From Narcine bancroftii (lineage: Eukaryota), in the NCBI RefSeq assembly GCF_036971445.1, contig NC_091472.1, positions 89,714,001-89,778,000 on the forward strand: a DNA stretch of 64,000 nucleotides. Direction: 5' to 3'. Below are positions 1 through 12,999 of this stretch, piece after piece (the first letter of the stretch is position 1; every line of letters starts with the position of its first letter). The notes under the pieces were generated by a model that was not told the DNA's origin, did not search any database, and was given only the letters and a program-made list of their open reading frames with translations. The position numbers were made by a program, and so were the translations under genes.

Positions 1-226
1 AATAAGAATTGCCTGCAACCAGTGAACTTGGAGGAATGAGAAGTGAGACTAAATCAAAACTTTTCTGAACTTACACATTACATACAAGTGCATTTAGAAT
101 TAGAAGGGGGTTAAAGTGTGATTCTGTTTTCATGTTTTATAGATAATTAAAAGCAACTTTAAGTAACCATTTGTCTTGGTGAATATCTATTGCTGCTGGG
201 CTTATGGGTCCTCTGGGCTCGTAACA
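1..226 (+). mobile_element. 3' part of a ~1 kb solo-LTR-like repeat (family A), cut by the window edge
   Basis: Matches the 3' ends of the copies at 20712-21785, 37605-37849 and 62304-63297, and ends in ...GGGCTCGTAACA. Confidence 0.85.
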
Positions 227-1163
227 GTACCAATGACAGACATAGCAAAACTGGTAAGGTCCTGAAGGTGATTATAGGAGGTAAGGAAAGAAGCTAAAGA
301 ACAGTACCTCAAGGGTGTTAATCTCTAAATTGCTGCCTGTACCACATGCTAGTGAGAAAAATAGGAAATTAAGGCAGATGAATGTGGTTGAAGAGTTGGT
401 GTGGGGGTTCAGATTTGTGGATTCTATTGCCCATTGTTATTGATGGGAACAGTCATAGAGAGTACCCTGTACTGACTTCCTGCATGTATTCTGATCTTCA
501 TGTGAGCCAATTATTCCTAAACCTCTCCAACATCACCACTGTTGGAACCTCATGTTCACTTTTACAGCATCTAAAGTTTGGAGCCATAATATCAGCAATT
601 GGCCCATGAGGTCAAATTAATTTTTATTTAATTAGAGGGCTGCAAATCTTTGGAAATTTGAATACCAGTGTCTTGAAGACTGAGGGATTTTCTTTAAAAA
701 TTGAAGGGAACCAAGAGACATGGAATTGATAGGCTCACAGTTCTGATTTCTATTTATGTTTTGATACTATTGTTCAGTTAAAAAAATCCTGAGAGCCTTT
801 CAGTTTGAGATTTAGTTCAATGTCTGTGACATGGCCTTGAATACAGCACTTGTTAGGATTCACTGAAATGATGTTCAAATAAATTGGTAACTAGTGCACA
901 ATATTGAACAAAGAAAATAAACTAACAAGATGTGTAGTTCCGATAACCTGTGAAATGGAATTCTAAATGTAGCAGTGGTTTTAATGTGGAAAGTAGCTCG
1001 GCAGAGAAAAACATTATCCCTGACCTTATCTAGATTTCAATTCCTGATGGCTAGACCACAAGTAATCACCAACAGGAATCTTATTTCCTTGAACTAAATG
1101 TAAACTTGGGAGAAAAGTCAGATTAATTATCTAAGAATTTCTGGGTTGAAAACATGTTTACAG

Positions 1164-1338
1164 GGTATTCCATCAGCCAAGTGGCAGACTGCTGGAAGTT
1201 GAGACAACACAGCCAGGAATTCAGTTTTACACTGCCAATTTTCTTGATGGAAGCTTGAAGGGCAAAGAAGGAGCAACTTATCCTAAGCATTCAGCTTTTT
1301 GCCTGGAAACCCAGAACTGGCCCAATGCTGTCAACAAG
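1164..1338 (+). CDS. GALM: Galactose mutarotase (aldose 1-epimerase), penultimate coding exon
   Basis: tttacAG acceptor and AAG|GTTGGT donor, 175 nt. Translates VFHQPSGRLLEVETTQPGIQFYTANFLDGSLKGKEGATYPKHSAFCLETQNWPNAVNK, with the GALM motifs QPGxQFYT and FCLETQ. Confidence 0.95.
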
Positions 1339-1602
1339 GTTGGTTTCTTGGGCATGGTGGGGAAGATAAAGGTAAAAGGGGGTGATGATGAATTATAATT
1401 TTGTTTGACCATTTTATTGTCCAAAACCATCATTTGTTTTCATTGTTTTAAAATTTCACTGCACAAAAATGAAAAAAAAACTGTAGCAATGGTATACTTG
1501 CATAGTAGCAGCTTTATGCAATAAAAGATTCTCTTCATAAATGGGAGTTTTAAAAGGAAGCACAACAGGAGGCTAACTCAACTAAATGTTTATGTATTGC
1601 AG

Positions 1603-1683
1603 AAGAATTTCCCAGATGCATTGCTGAGACCTGGTGAAGAATATAATCATACAACCTGGTTTAAATTCTCAGTGAGACAATAA
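1603..1683 (+). CDS. GALM: Galactose mutarotase, last coding exon
   Basis: ttgcAG acceptor, then KNFPDALLRPGEEYNHTTWFKFSVRQ* (TAA 1681-1683), matching the GALM C-terminus. In phase with the previous exon. Confidence 0.95.
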   Translation, partial: KNFPDALLRPGEEYNHTTWFKFSVRQ

Positions 1684-1734
1684 TACAGCAGCTCCGTATC
1701 TGCTGCCATATATGAATGAAGATATTCAGTAAAA

Positions 1735-1740
1735 AATAAA
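1735..1740 (+). terminator. Candidate GALM polyadenylation signal
   Basis: AATAAA about 50 nt after the stop codon, followed by a GT/T-rich tract. Confidence 0.55.
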
Positions 1741-1759
1741 TCACACTTGGGTGGTTTGG

Positions 1760-2236
1760 GTTTTTTTTTCAAATTTTATTTTATTGGCGAATGTAAAAAG
1801 TATATACATAGCCAAATTATCGATCAAAATCAATACATGTGTTTTATCATTTTTTTCTCCCCCCTCCACCTACTCCCTCAGAAAAAAAACCAAGAAAAGC
1901 GAGAAAAAAGCACAGTAAAATAAATAAATTGTGTAAACAATACTGGATATTACCTTATAAATTATGAGCTAATAATGTTAACCTCTACAACTATAAATAT
2001 AAAATATATAATGAATTAATAAACTACTATAAATATAGGATATAGAAAACTTGGTCAAAATCTAAGCATATCAAAAAAATACATAAAAAACATCAAATAA
2101 TAATAAAAGTTAAAAATTTAAAAATTATTAAGGTGAGATGAGGCCAGGGAGTGACAAAGCTCGAATCATAGCTACCATAAGTAATATAAATACTTATAAA
2201 GTTATAACACCAATCTTTTGCATATATGGAAACCAA
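1760..2236 (-). mobile_element. L1-like 3' tail fragment
   Basis: T-run plus tttatt at the left end, then a C-rich/A-rich segment resembling the other L1 3' UTRs in the window. Confidence 0.5.
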
Positions 2237-3149
2237 GGGTAGTTTGGGTTTGATGGTGTGAGGAAATTAAATACATTAGGAAATATAATACAGTTCCCCT
2301 ATTTACTGATATGTCAATAAGAGGGCAATTTATTCAAGGTGTCCAGATTAAGTAATGATATCTCTTTAGGTCATTTCCCAGGGAAGGTTTCTATAAAAAT
2401 CCATTAGGACATCAGTGGCCACAGGAAAGCCAATACTGTGTGCCTGAAACTCAAGCGATTACATTTCCCTTGAACCAAATAAATGACAATTTTAGCCTTT
2501 AAGTTGTGCCCAAAACACAAAAGTACATATCAATAACTTCACAGTTTGAAGATTCTAATAGTTACTACTAGTTAAATCAACTCATATAATTGCCTTTTGT
2601 AACATAATAGTCTTTAAATGGCTTAAAACTGACATTTTTAAAGAATACGACACTATATTGTACAGAACATTTTCCTGTATCACCTCAGTACCTAATATAC
2701 ATAACTGTTTGAACAAGTGACAGAAAAGAATGAAATGGCTTAAAATTTAACTCTCTCCTGTAATGTTTTAAATGATCGACTCCAAACATTTTTTTTCCAA
2801 CCAAGAACAAGAGCTTCACCTCCTGTTATTTTGCCAGTTTAAATGATAAACCCTTAACCTTTGCAGATGAGCTACAAATACTGACATTGCAAACATTTAT
2901 TTCCCCATTCCCTTTTGAAAATTACAGTAAACCCCTGGTACCTATGGGGATTGGTAGATGCCACTAAGTATTTTCTGGTTGCTTGAGACACTCTTACAAT
3001 GCAAGAATAAACCATTTAAAAGACAAAAATATGACATGTGGGCCCTATGAACCACTTTGAATTGCAACAGACAGCAGTGAGCACACAAAGACATAGCGTT
3101 AATCAGTTTGAAGTCCCAAACCTCATTAGACAGTGAAAGGTTCAAATCC

Positions 3150-3800
3150 TGTCCCCATGTGCCTTAGACCAGTCAACTTGTAATAAATAACAGATATTAA
3201 TCCTTTACCAGAAGGTTGTAATCCAAAAAATGTATCAAGAACATTCAGCTCAGAGCTCTGGAAAATCAGGGATCTGAGATTGAATAAAATGCCTAATTTG
3301 TCAAGGCAAATTTATGGGAGTGATAAATATCTGGTAAACTGAATTTTCCAATTGTTTAAAAGATGCAAAATGGTTATCAATAAAAAGGTCTTTAATACCA
3401 ATCATTAAAAGTAGAATCCTACAAGGCTGTAAAAGGTGATTGGACAAAATGAGGTTTGCAAGAGAAAAGCCATGAAATCCAAAATACCTTCTAAACTGCA
3501 CCCATATTCTCAAAATGTATTTAACAATCAAATGGTCAATTAGTTTATATGAAACAAAAGAAAGTAATGACCCAAGAAATACCGAGATAGAAACATTTTT
3601 GGTGGAATTTAATTCCATTTTTACCAAAGCAGGATAGTCAACTTGATTATAAAATTGTAACAAGAACATAAGGTTACATAAATTGACCGCACAGTAATGG
3701 AATCTCAAATTAGGAATCATCAATTCTTTTAAACTTTTGAATATGAGCTTTATTTAAATAGGGGCACTTTCCTTGCCATATGTAAGACAATATACTGGTC
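3150..3800 (-). mobile_element. Degenerate L1 ORF2 fragment
   Basis: ORF 3301-3723 (PNLRFHY...IVKYILRIWVQFRRYFG) resembles the L1 ORF2 segment at 30470-30900. Confidence 0.8.
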
Positions 3801-4764
3801 AGGTCATTCATTTGAGTGCTACTGGTACCATGTTACCCAGTACTACCTGTCGCATGGTTGGGGGTTGGCAACTAAACTGGCTTAGAGTCGGGGTTATGTA
3901 AATTTTAAATTTATTTTGAGCAACTTATTATAGCTGTGCTTTGGGAATTCATATGCATGATTATTCTCAGTGCTTTTATCTATTTTTCTGCACCACATTC
4001 CATAATTGTTCTGTACAAACTTATTACTCAAAAATTAATAAAAATATTTTAAAGATAAATGATATTGTACTTACAATGAACAAACTTCATTTGATGAACA
4101 TGTTAATTGTAAAGCATTTTACTTCATTTTCAATCACATTCTTTGAAAAAATTTAATTGTTACACCTATCTGCAGGTGCCTCTCCCTCCTCCAAGTTTAC
4201 AGATAAAGCCTTTGACCAGGGCAACTCTTACTAAGCAGGGATAAGGAAATGGCGAGCAGCATCAACCAGCTCTTCATCCTGCTTCACACAACTTTATTCA
4301 AACAGCTGCTACAAGTAATGCTCGACCAAGGCAGTCTGCTAACTGAATATTTGCTTCCATCTTTACCCAAGGTTTATATGTTACTTCAGAGATCATTTAT
4401 TTTTACAATTTCAAATGCATATTTTTTTTAACCCATGAAATTTTATTTAATTTGTTTATTTTCCTTTTTTCCTGGTTGCTTAAATTCTGGATATCAGGGG
4501 TTTGCTGTAATTCAATTTCAGTGCATTCCACACTGTAATTTGCTTCCTATTTTTTCTACTCCAATTATCTTCATTTCCAATTACAAGAGGCCTCTAATAC
4601 AAAGTGCTTAAATAATCACTAGTGATTAAAATTTATAGATTAAAAGCTCAATATATTTTCAATTTTATTTATTATGGAGCCTTTGATTGCTCTGTAAGTT
4701 AAGAAATTTCTAACACTTAGTGGTGGGTGAATGGATTCAAATGTTATCAAACGTCATTACTAAT

Positions 4765-4960
4765 ATTTAGGTGGAGTGATTAACACAATGCTATTACAGC
4801 GCCAATGACCCAGGTTAGAATCTGGCCAACAGGGAGTTTTGTACATTGGTGGTGGGTTTCATCCTGGTGCTCCAGTTTCCACCCACCCTTTGAAAAAAAA
4901 GTATGGGGTTTGTAGGTTAATTGGTGTATTAGAGCAGCATGGGCTCTTGCTGTATACATC
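4765..4960 (+). mobile_element. tRNA-derived SINE
   Basis: Shares the gctattacagcgcc...ggagtttgtac...tgtaggttaattgg core with the copies at 9325, 13920, 42883 and 46375. Confidence 0.7.
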
Positions 4961-5388
4961 CATGAAGGATTACTGTAGGAAAGGATCGGAGAATCTACCT
5001 TTGGTTTTGAGCTCCAATATAATATACATGTATTGGGACTCAAAACCAAAAGTGGATTCACTGATCCTCTCCTACGCTGATCCCTCCACGGATTAGTGCT
5101 GAAAGAAAAGTAGGCTTCATTCTCCAGTGGTCACAAGCCCAAAGATTATCACTGTTACTATACCAAAGCTTCCATATTCTAAGATTAATCTTTGCAGATG
5201 TGTGATCCTACAAACTGTACTTGTTTTTCAAGAGCTCCCTTGTGTAGTGATGAGATGACGATCCCATTCCCGAGCTACTCCCAATTATGTTATTCTTCCA
5301 TTTTCACCAGAGGTAACAATAAATTCAACTAAGTGCAATGATTTTGTACTGGTCCAATTAAAAAAGACATTCACACTTCTCAAGACAA

Positions 5389-5398
5389 TTTATTTATT
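5389..5398 (-). terminator. Candidate SRSF7 polyadenylation signal (two overlapping AATAAA)
   Basis: Plus-strand tttatttatt reads AATAAATAAA on -, about 320 nt after the stop codon, followed by a GT-rich tract. Confidence 0.55.
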
Positions 5399-5719
5399 TC
5401 TATCTCCAGATACAAAAATGTGATACATCAAATGGCTTGCTGAATCTGATATTACAACATAAGAATACAACACTTATGTAGGGGAAAATGCAGATCACTC
5501 AATTTAGTCTCCAGGATGTGCAATCTTTTTAAAAAACATCCTACTCATGCTAATATTTTCTCCACAAAAGGGGGAAAAAAAAGCATGACAATTAAATTAG
5601 AAACAAGCCCTTTCATTTAAAATTAAATCAAAACCCCCACAAAGAACCAAAAGATTCCCATATAACTTCAAAGAATGTAAACCAAAAAAAATTCTAAAGT
5701 TTAGCTTTGCAAACTGGAC

Positions 5720-5774
5720 TTAGTCATTTCCATCAGGACTTGCACTTCTACGAGAATTTTCAGATGGTGTGCGA
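5720..5774 (-). CDS. SRSF7: SRSF7 last coding exon (exon 9)
   Basis: Polypyrimidine tract ending ccctcAG, then (S)RTPSENSRRSASPDGND*, 55 nt. Resembles the SRSF7 C-terminus RRSASPERMD. Confidence 0.92.
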
Positions 5775-6282
5775 CTGAGGGAGGAAAAAGATAATTAGAA
5801 CAAAATTTCAAGAACAAAATTTATTTACATCAATACACATTTCAGCAGACTATCAATAACATATCCCCATTCTGAATAAATTGTGATCCAGCACTTTGCT
5901 GATGCAGATTTAGAATTTCTCAGGCCATAATGTTTTAAGAAATAACGAGTTTATTTTAAATATACTAGTCCATTTTGAATAAAAGCAACAAGCCAAGATT
6001 CATTACCTAAGACATTCAGGTTATTAACTACCAATATACAATTCAAAGACCATGCTTTTTCATCAATCCTGTTTATATTATTGCATGACTATGTCTGACC
6101 AAAACAAACTGGAGATGTATTAACAATTTATGGTAGAATAAAAAAATAAGAAATTTCTTAAATCTAAATTAGTTTTGCAGGTATAGACTCAGACATTTTA
6201 ATGAATATTCTTACAAATATAATTAAGTAGAGAAAAATCCATTTCTCTTGTGCATAAATTGTTAGTTTCGGTGATTCCTTAC

Positions 6283-6318
6283 CTTCCCTTTGGTGAATGT
6301 GATCTGGACTTTGAGCAA
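6283..6318 (-). CDS. SRSF7: SRSF7 exon 8 (36 nt)
   Basis: cAG acceptor and AAG|GTAAGG donor; (S)CSKSRSHSPKG; phase 2-2. Confidence 0.85.
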
Positions 6319-6850
6319 CTGTTTTTGGAATAGAATATAGAAGTTAATTAAATATCCAAAGGATAACAGACAGGCAAGGGCAAGTGCAAGGTTTCACTCC
6401 ACAAATTAACAGTAACAAACTAAAGCTTTCAACTTAATCTGAACAACAAACCTCAATTCCAAAGCTATTCTACCAAGGATAGGCCATTCATAGTGTGTTA
6501 TTAGGATCTGGATTCAAAAGTTTAAATGGTAGAAAACAAAGGTGAATATGTATCCAACCCAAAATGAAACAATATTCAATAGGGACCTGAAATTTTCAGG
6601 AAACATACATTCCAACTTCTATAACTAAATCTACACAATCGTAAACCCATCAGAGTACTTTAATCCCCAAGAATCATAAAATCAGAATTAACCAAAATAG
6701 CTCAATGCTAATTCTAGATCGTTAACAGATCAACCATTTAAGGCTTTTCCCAGGGGACATGCAATTTAAAAATTAAACTGACTGGGAGAGGAAAGAAAGT
6801 ATAGAAAAAGGATTTGAACAAAGTAAACAATTACTGTGATTTCCTCTCAC

Positions 6851-6898
6851 CTTCGAACAAGAGAGCGAGATTTAGATCTTCGTAGAGGAGACAGAGAT
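6851..6898 (-). CDS. SRSF7: SRSF7 exon 7 (48 nt RS exon)
   Basis: tacAG acceptor and AAG|GTGAGA donor; (R)SLSPLRRSKSRSLVR; phase 2-2. Confidence 0.8.
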
Positions 6899-8399
6899 CT
6901 GTATTTAAAAAATGTTTAACCAAATTGCATTAAATTCAATACCCAAGATAAATTGTACAACTACACAAGTTTCAAAAATAATTTACCATGTTTATTAGCA
7001 TAAATAAGAGGATTTAACTTCCAGTCTGCAGAAGGTGTGTATTCAAGATAACTACAGATAAGGAAAATACACCACCACGAAGCAGCCTGTATCTGGTTTA
7101 TAGATCTCATTAGCCAGTCCCTCAATAAGTCAGTTGAATTGTTATTGCAAATCTTAATTCAGTTTTCTGCAAACTCAAGACACATTTAAATAGTTTAATT
7201 GAATTCAAACACAAATTGCCACATCCAAACCTTAGCTCAAGTTTTCCCAACACCAGAATGGTGCAGCACTTACAAGACAGCAATAGCAAGAGAACACCTC
7301 AGGAAAACAGTGATAAGTGCAGAAAGTCAAACCAGTAGAGGATAGCAAGGGAAAGGGAAGAGATGGAACTGGAGTACTTGCTATCACCAGAACTTGCTCT
7401 TAAACCAACAGGACTGAGGAAACATAATAATTTCTTAAACTATCATTTTTAAGCAAGCTTCCGTTAGCGTTAAATAGCCATTCCCTGGCAGTCAATGTTG
7501 TGGCATCCCAAGATTATGAAACTACTAGTTCTTTGCTATTTAAAATTTCATATAAAACAAGTTCAATTCCTCCTGAACTACCAATAAATTGCCATTGCAT
7601 GGAAATTCTGTTCCGATCAATGGTCAGCTGCATATTAATTTTCTGCACATTTTATCTGAAGTGTTATCAAGTCATTTCACAGACCAAGGTTTTTTAGCTC
7701 CTTAAACTCTCTTGTACTGATCAAAAACATGGGAGTGAGAAAGTGGGAATAGTCACTTCCAAGGTCTTTCCTCAGTTTTTTTTTCATTCAACCAGCCAAA
7801 ACAGTAATTAGCAAAATAAATGCACACCTTCTCAATAACAAATTTATCTTGATTTCAACCCAAAAAGTACTATTAATATTGAAATGAAGTTCTTTGTGCC
7901 CCTGCCCTCCAGTGAAATGCAGAAGTGTAACAGACACTACTTTGTGCTAGTATTTTAAAAAAGACAGGGTTGAATTAATAAAGAGAACCAGCAACTCAAA
8001 CTGGGGGATGGGGAGAGGAGCAAGTTTTGCACATGTGCATAGAAAGAAATTAATTAGAGTTTCTCTCTCTCTCACTCTATCCAATGAAGGGATTCACTAA
8101 TTTCAATCAAGAGCACAAAAAAAGGATCAACTTAAAACCAAATCTAAGACGTTGTAAATAGTTGAAAAACAAAGTACGAATCAAATAAATTTGGACAGAC
8201 ATGTGGCTATATCATGTATAAACTCTGCAGCCAGATCTGTAGCAAGTGACTGCAGATCTTGTTGAACTTCACTTCATTTCAGAGTCAATGAAGTGAACTC
8301 AATACTTCAGAAGAACAGAAATGACCGAATGACTACAAGTAAGGCAGGTATGAGTGATTAATAGGGAGCAAGGCAGGAGCCTAAGCCATTGCCACCAAT

Positions 8400-9305
8400 A
8401 AAGGTGTTGTTTGACATCTGTATCAATGATTCAAATGATAACGTGGTAAATTGGATCGGCAAGTTTGCAGATACAATAAGATTGGAGGTGTTGACAACAA
8501 AGAATGTTTTTTTAAAGTTTCCAGAGGTATCAGGACCAGCTCGAAAAGTGGGTTGAAAAATGTCGGATGGAATTTAATGCAAACAAGTGTGAAGTGTTGC
8601 ATTTTGGAAGGACAAGCCAAGAAAGGCCGTACACAGTAAATAGTAGGGTGCAAGGAGTGCAGTAGAACAGAGGGACCTGGGAATACAGATACATAATTCC
8701 CTGAAAGTGGCAACACAGGTAGACAGGGTTGTTAAGACAGCTTTTGGTATATTGGCCTTCATAAATCAAAATATTGAGTATAGGAGTTGGGATTTTTATG
8801 GTAAAGTTGTACAAGACATTGGTGAGGCCAAATTTGGAATATTGTGTACACTTTTGGTCACCTAATTACAGGAAAGATATTAGGAAAACAGAGAATATTT
8901 ACTGGGATGTTGCCCGGACTTTAGGAACTGAGTTACAGGAAAAGTTTAAACAGGACAGGACTTTATTCCTTGGAATATAGAAGAATGTGGGGAAATTTGA
9001 TAGAGGTATTTAAAATTATGAAGGGTTGCTCAGATTAAATGTAGGTAAGCTCTTCCCACTGAGGGTAGGTGAGATACAAACCAGAGGACATGGGTTAAGG
9101 GTGAAAAGTTGAGGTGGAACTTCGCACAGAGTGGTGGAAGTGCGGAATGCAGACTCATTTTTAACATTTGGGGACAGGTACATGGATGGCAGTGTATGGA
9201 GGGCAATGGACTGGGTGCAGGTCAGTGGGACTAGGCACAAAGGTAATTCGGCGCAGACTAAGGGCTGCAGGGGCCTGTTTCTGTGCTGTAATATTCTCTG
9301 GTTCG
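8400..9305 (+). mobile_element. CR1 LINE, degenerate 3' part
   Basis: KLYKTLVRPNLEYCVHFWSPNYRKDI motif of the CR1 ORF2 C-terminus, followed by a typical CR1 3' tail. Confidence 0.9.
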
Positions 9306-9324
9306 TTCTAAATTTAAATTTTAA

Positions 9325-9548
9325 CAGAGCACCGTAACAGGACCTTCTGGCTCACGAGCCCAAGTATCCTAATTAACCTACAACCCCTGTTCATTTTGAA
9401 GGGTGAGAAGAAACTTGAGCACCCGGAGGAAACCAATGCAGACACTGGAAAACATACAAACCCCTCCTTACAGACAGTGCCAAATTCAAAACCAGGTTGC
9501 TGGCATAGTAATAGCATTGTGCTAACTGCTGCATTAACTGTGCCGCCC
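9325..9548 (-). mobile_element. tRNA-derived SINE
   Basis: Minus strand begins gggcggcacagtt... (tRNA-like head) and carries the shared SINE core. Confidence 0.8.
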
Positions 9549-10707
9549 TCTACTGAGGGAGAATGAACACTTAGGTTTTAAATGAAAAAAAAAGCAATGG
9601 TAATAATCTCTAAATTCTTACCTTAAGTGCATGCAAACTGGCATAGGATCAACAAAAATCAATAAGTTAAATTTATGCCTCAAAGAATGATGTGGGGAAA
9701 AATGGGTGACACTGGCCACTTTAGTAGAGAGCCATTCCACAATGACAGACTGCCTTTGATTTGAGCTGCGAATTGTGTCCCAGCAAATCCAATAACCAAG
9801 TTTGTATAAAGCTCTTTAAATAGTTGAGGGAAAATGGACTTTAAAAGAAGGAAATTCAGAATATGAAAACACGAGGCAAATAGTAGTAAGGGTAATAACC
9901 AGCTATGACAGGAAAGAATAGAGCATGCAAACACAAGTGCACCTGCAAAACAAGGTCAGTGGGGCAACTTAGTGTTATGGTTGTTGTTGATGTTGTCTCA
10001 GCTCCAGAAACAGATTTAAACGTAACCTTTGCTGCTGCGTGCAGAGCATGGATATCCTACATGCGATCAGGAAGGATTCCCCTCTAGTTTCCTCTCACAT
10101 TCCAAAGGTATGAGCATTGTCCCCAATCTAGATCAGGAGCTAGAAGGGGGGAATGTGTATGAGGATGTAACAAAAAAAGTGGGATTAGAGTAGATATAAC
10201 GTGATTTATGGTGTGAAAAATAAAAAATTTAAAAAAAAAAGCCCTGTGCTACTGAAAAAAAAAAGTAGATGGATTATTCCTCCTGCTTAATATAGATGTG
10301 GTTGGTCAAAGGACCTACGTCCATACTGTATGACTCAAAGAAATAGTAAAACAAAACAAAAGCTCTGAATAGATGTAATATTTGTAACAGGGTAAATTGA
10401 TGATACAAAACAGAATTGGCTGTATTCCAGTGGAGACAAGTGGTTTCAAAGTAACCAAGGCGGAGAACAATGTTCCACAGTACCAAAAAGAATTTTAGAA
10501 AGATAATAAAAAGGATGATGTTGATAAGGACAAGATCAGTACAATAGTGGAAAACTAAGTTTGGGCAAGTAAAAGAATTGCTGGTGGAGGTAATCCATAC
10601 AAAAGCCTACACTGTAAGAGTAAAATGTAGAAATTATGAGGCTTGTAAGCATGGCAATAATCGTGCGACTTTAATCTTCACTGAATCTAGGCAAATCAAT
10701 TTCAGAA

Positions 10708-12680
10708 CAGTACAACTCTAATTTTCTGAAATCCTCATTTATCCAATTTTCTTTGGTCCCAGAAGTGACATTGGTTCACTGCCAAAAATATTTGGATAAC
10801 TGAGGATATCCCAAACAATCAGAAATCCTCAGTTATCCAAATTTTTTTTTTGGGAGCTGAAATGAGCGCACAGGTTGAAAAAAAAATTCACCTGACATGA
10901 AATTAGAATGACGATAGTCCTAGTTTCAGGTAACTCCCTACCATCTCTCCTTCCATTTCTTCTTCACCTACTTCTATTGACTTCTCTCTCCAACTGCGTG
11001 CCACTGTCTCCCAGCCACAAGTGGTTGGGAGAATCCCTTGTCCCAGCGTCATCAAGGAGAGTGGCCTCCTGAGCAGGAACTTCAGGCTCCCAGGCAGGAG
11101 TCAGTGATTGGTGGCAGCAGTTGGGAAGGGGGAGTGCGCACGTGAAGATTAGGAATGTGTTGAACTCAAACATGGAGTACCAGGACTTGAAGCCGGAACA
11201 GCCCCTGCTGGAACGAGCCTATGAGGAGACAGGAGCCCACCGACTCGTCAAATGAGTGTTCAACCGGCCTGGGAAACCTCCTCGGGGATTGGCGGCAGCA
11301 GTTGGGACATGTCAGGGATCAGTAGCAGGAACGTATTGGGGATTAGCAGCAGCCAGCTGTTTTTTTGGTGAGAATTAAAAATTATTTTAATGCTTATGTT
11401 TGTTGTGGTTTATTATACATGATTTCCTATTGCTACTGGCTGCTTTTTTAAAAAAATGACCAGTCATCCGAAATAGGTCCGGTCCCAACCTTTTTTTTGT
11501 GGAAACCTTTTGTTTTTTTTATATATGTATTTTAAGATTATAAATAAACAAGACAAACTAAAATAAACAACACCACCATCCACCCCCCCCCACCCACAAC
11601 AGACCCTCCTCAAGGGGAGCAAAAAAAACCATATCAGTTAATTACATTTGCTGTGTGGTCAAACTTACAATAAAAAAAATTAAGATATTTCCAAACCCAT
11701 AAATTTCAAATAAGGTGACCACATCTGAACAAGAATATTATGCAAATTATATGCTATTTTCTCCATATAAATACAAGATCTCAACTCATTATGCCAGTGG
11801 GCTATAATTTAATTCCACATTATCTTTCCATGTAATCGCAATACATTTCTGTGCTATCGCTAATGCTAAACAAACAAACACCATCTGAAACTTGTCCAAC
11901 CCTAAACCAGTGACTAAAGATATGGTATAACCCAACAAAAAAATTTAATGGATCCAATGGTAATTTAATCTTAAATAATTCTTCCAAAAAGACTAATTTT
12001 TTCCCAGAATGGTTGAACCTTATCACAAGACCAAACTGCATGTACAAGTGTTCCAGTATGAAGTCCACACCTAAAGCATAAATCTGAATTACTAAAACCA
12101 TCTTTTTAAGTTCTCGGGAGTCAAGTATAGCTGATGTAAAATAATTATAATTAACTAAACTATATCTTACATTAAGTAATTTATTCACACTATCTTGACA
12201 CATAACTTCCCATTCCTCTTGAGATGTATCAAAAGAGGAATCTTCTTCCCATTTAATTCTGGATTGACTTAAATTTGGTTTATTCACCTTATCTTGTAAC
12301 AAGGCATACATGTCTGAAATAAATTCCTTTTGTAATGTATCTAAAATCAAAAGCTCAGTTAATTTAGGTAGCGTCATTTCTCTTCCAAAATTATCCATCA
12401 CCAAATCTTGCACTTGATAATATACAAATAAAGAATTAGATGGTATCCAAAATTTTTTCCTAAGTCTAGTAAAAGAAAAACAGTCCGTCTTCAAAACAAT
12501 CATCGATCACCTTTATACCTTTAGAATTCCAAATATTTAAATACGAATTATTCATCAAAAAAGGAATAACTTTATTTTGATATTACGGGGTTTGGGTCGT
12601 AATCTTACCAGTTATCCGAAAAATTCAGTCATTTGAAATAGGTCCGGTCCCAACCCTTTCTGATAATCAGCATTGTACTG
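10708..12680. mobile_element. Non-autonomous DNA transposon interrupted by an L1 fragment
   Basis: Inverted termini CAGTACAA...TTGTACTG, subterminal tcctcaNttatccaa repeats in both orientations, and 8-bp flanks tttcagaa / attcagaa. Confidence 0.7.
11491..12607 (-). mobile_element. 5'-truncated L1, same family as 31780-37604
   Basis: ORF 11820-12503 (KLLNVRYSLVNYNY) matches the region at 36500-37400. T-rich tail at the left end. Confidence 0.9.
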
Positions 12681-12999
12681 ATTCAGAACAATCATGTGGG
12701 ATTTTCCCAGCAGTTGGGGGGGGGGGGGGGGGGGGGGCGGGGAAGGAGACAGACTATTTTAGGTCTAGCGATGTACAAGACAAGATTAATTATTTAAATA
12801 ATATTTCATATTTAACATTTAGTTTGACAGCAGGAAACCTGGGTCTGAAACTTGTATTTTAACCATGATGGAAGAGATCACCAGGTGATATGCTGTCAAA
12901 ATCGACTGCTTGAGTCACTCCAATGTGTTGTGTGGATATCACATATGAAAGCCAATCAACAAAGGTGAAGTGAATGGATGCTCAGAATTAGATCCTTCA

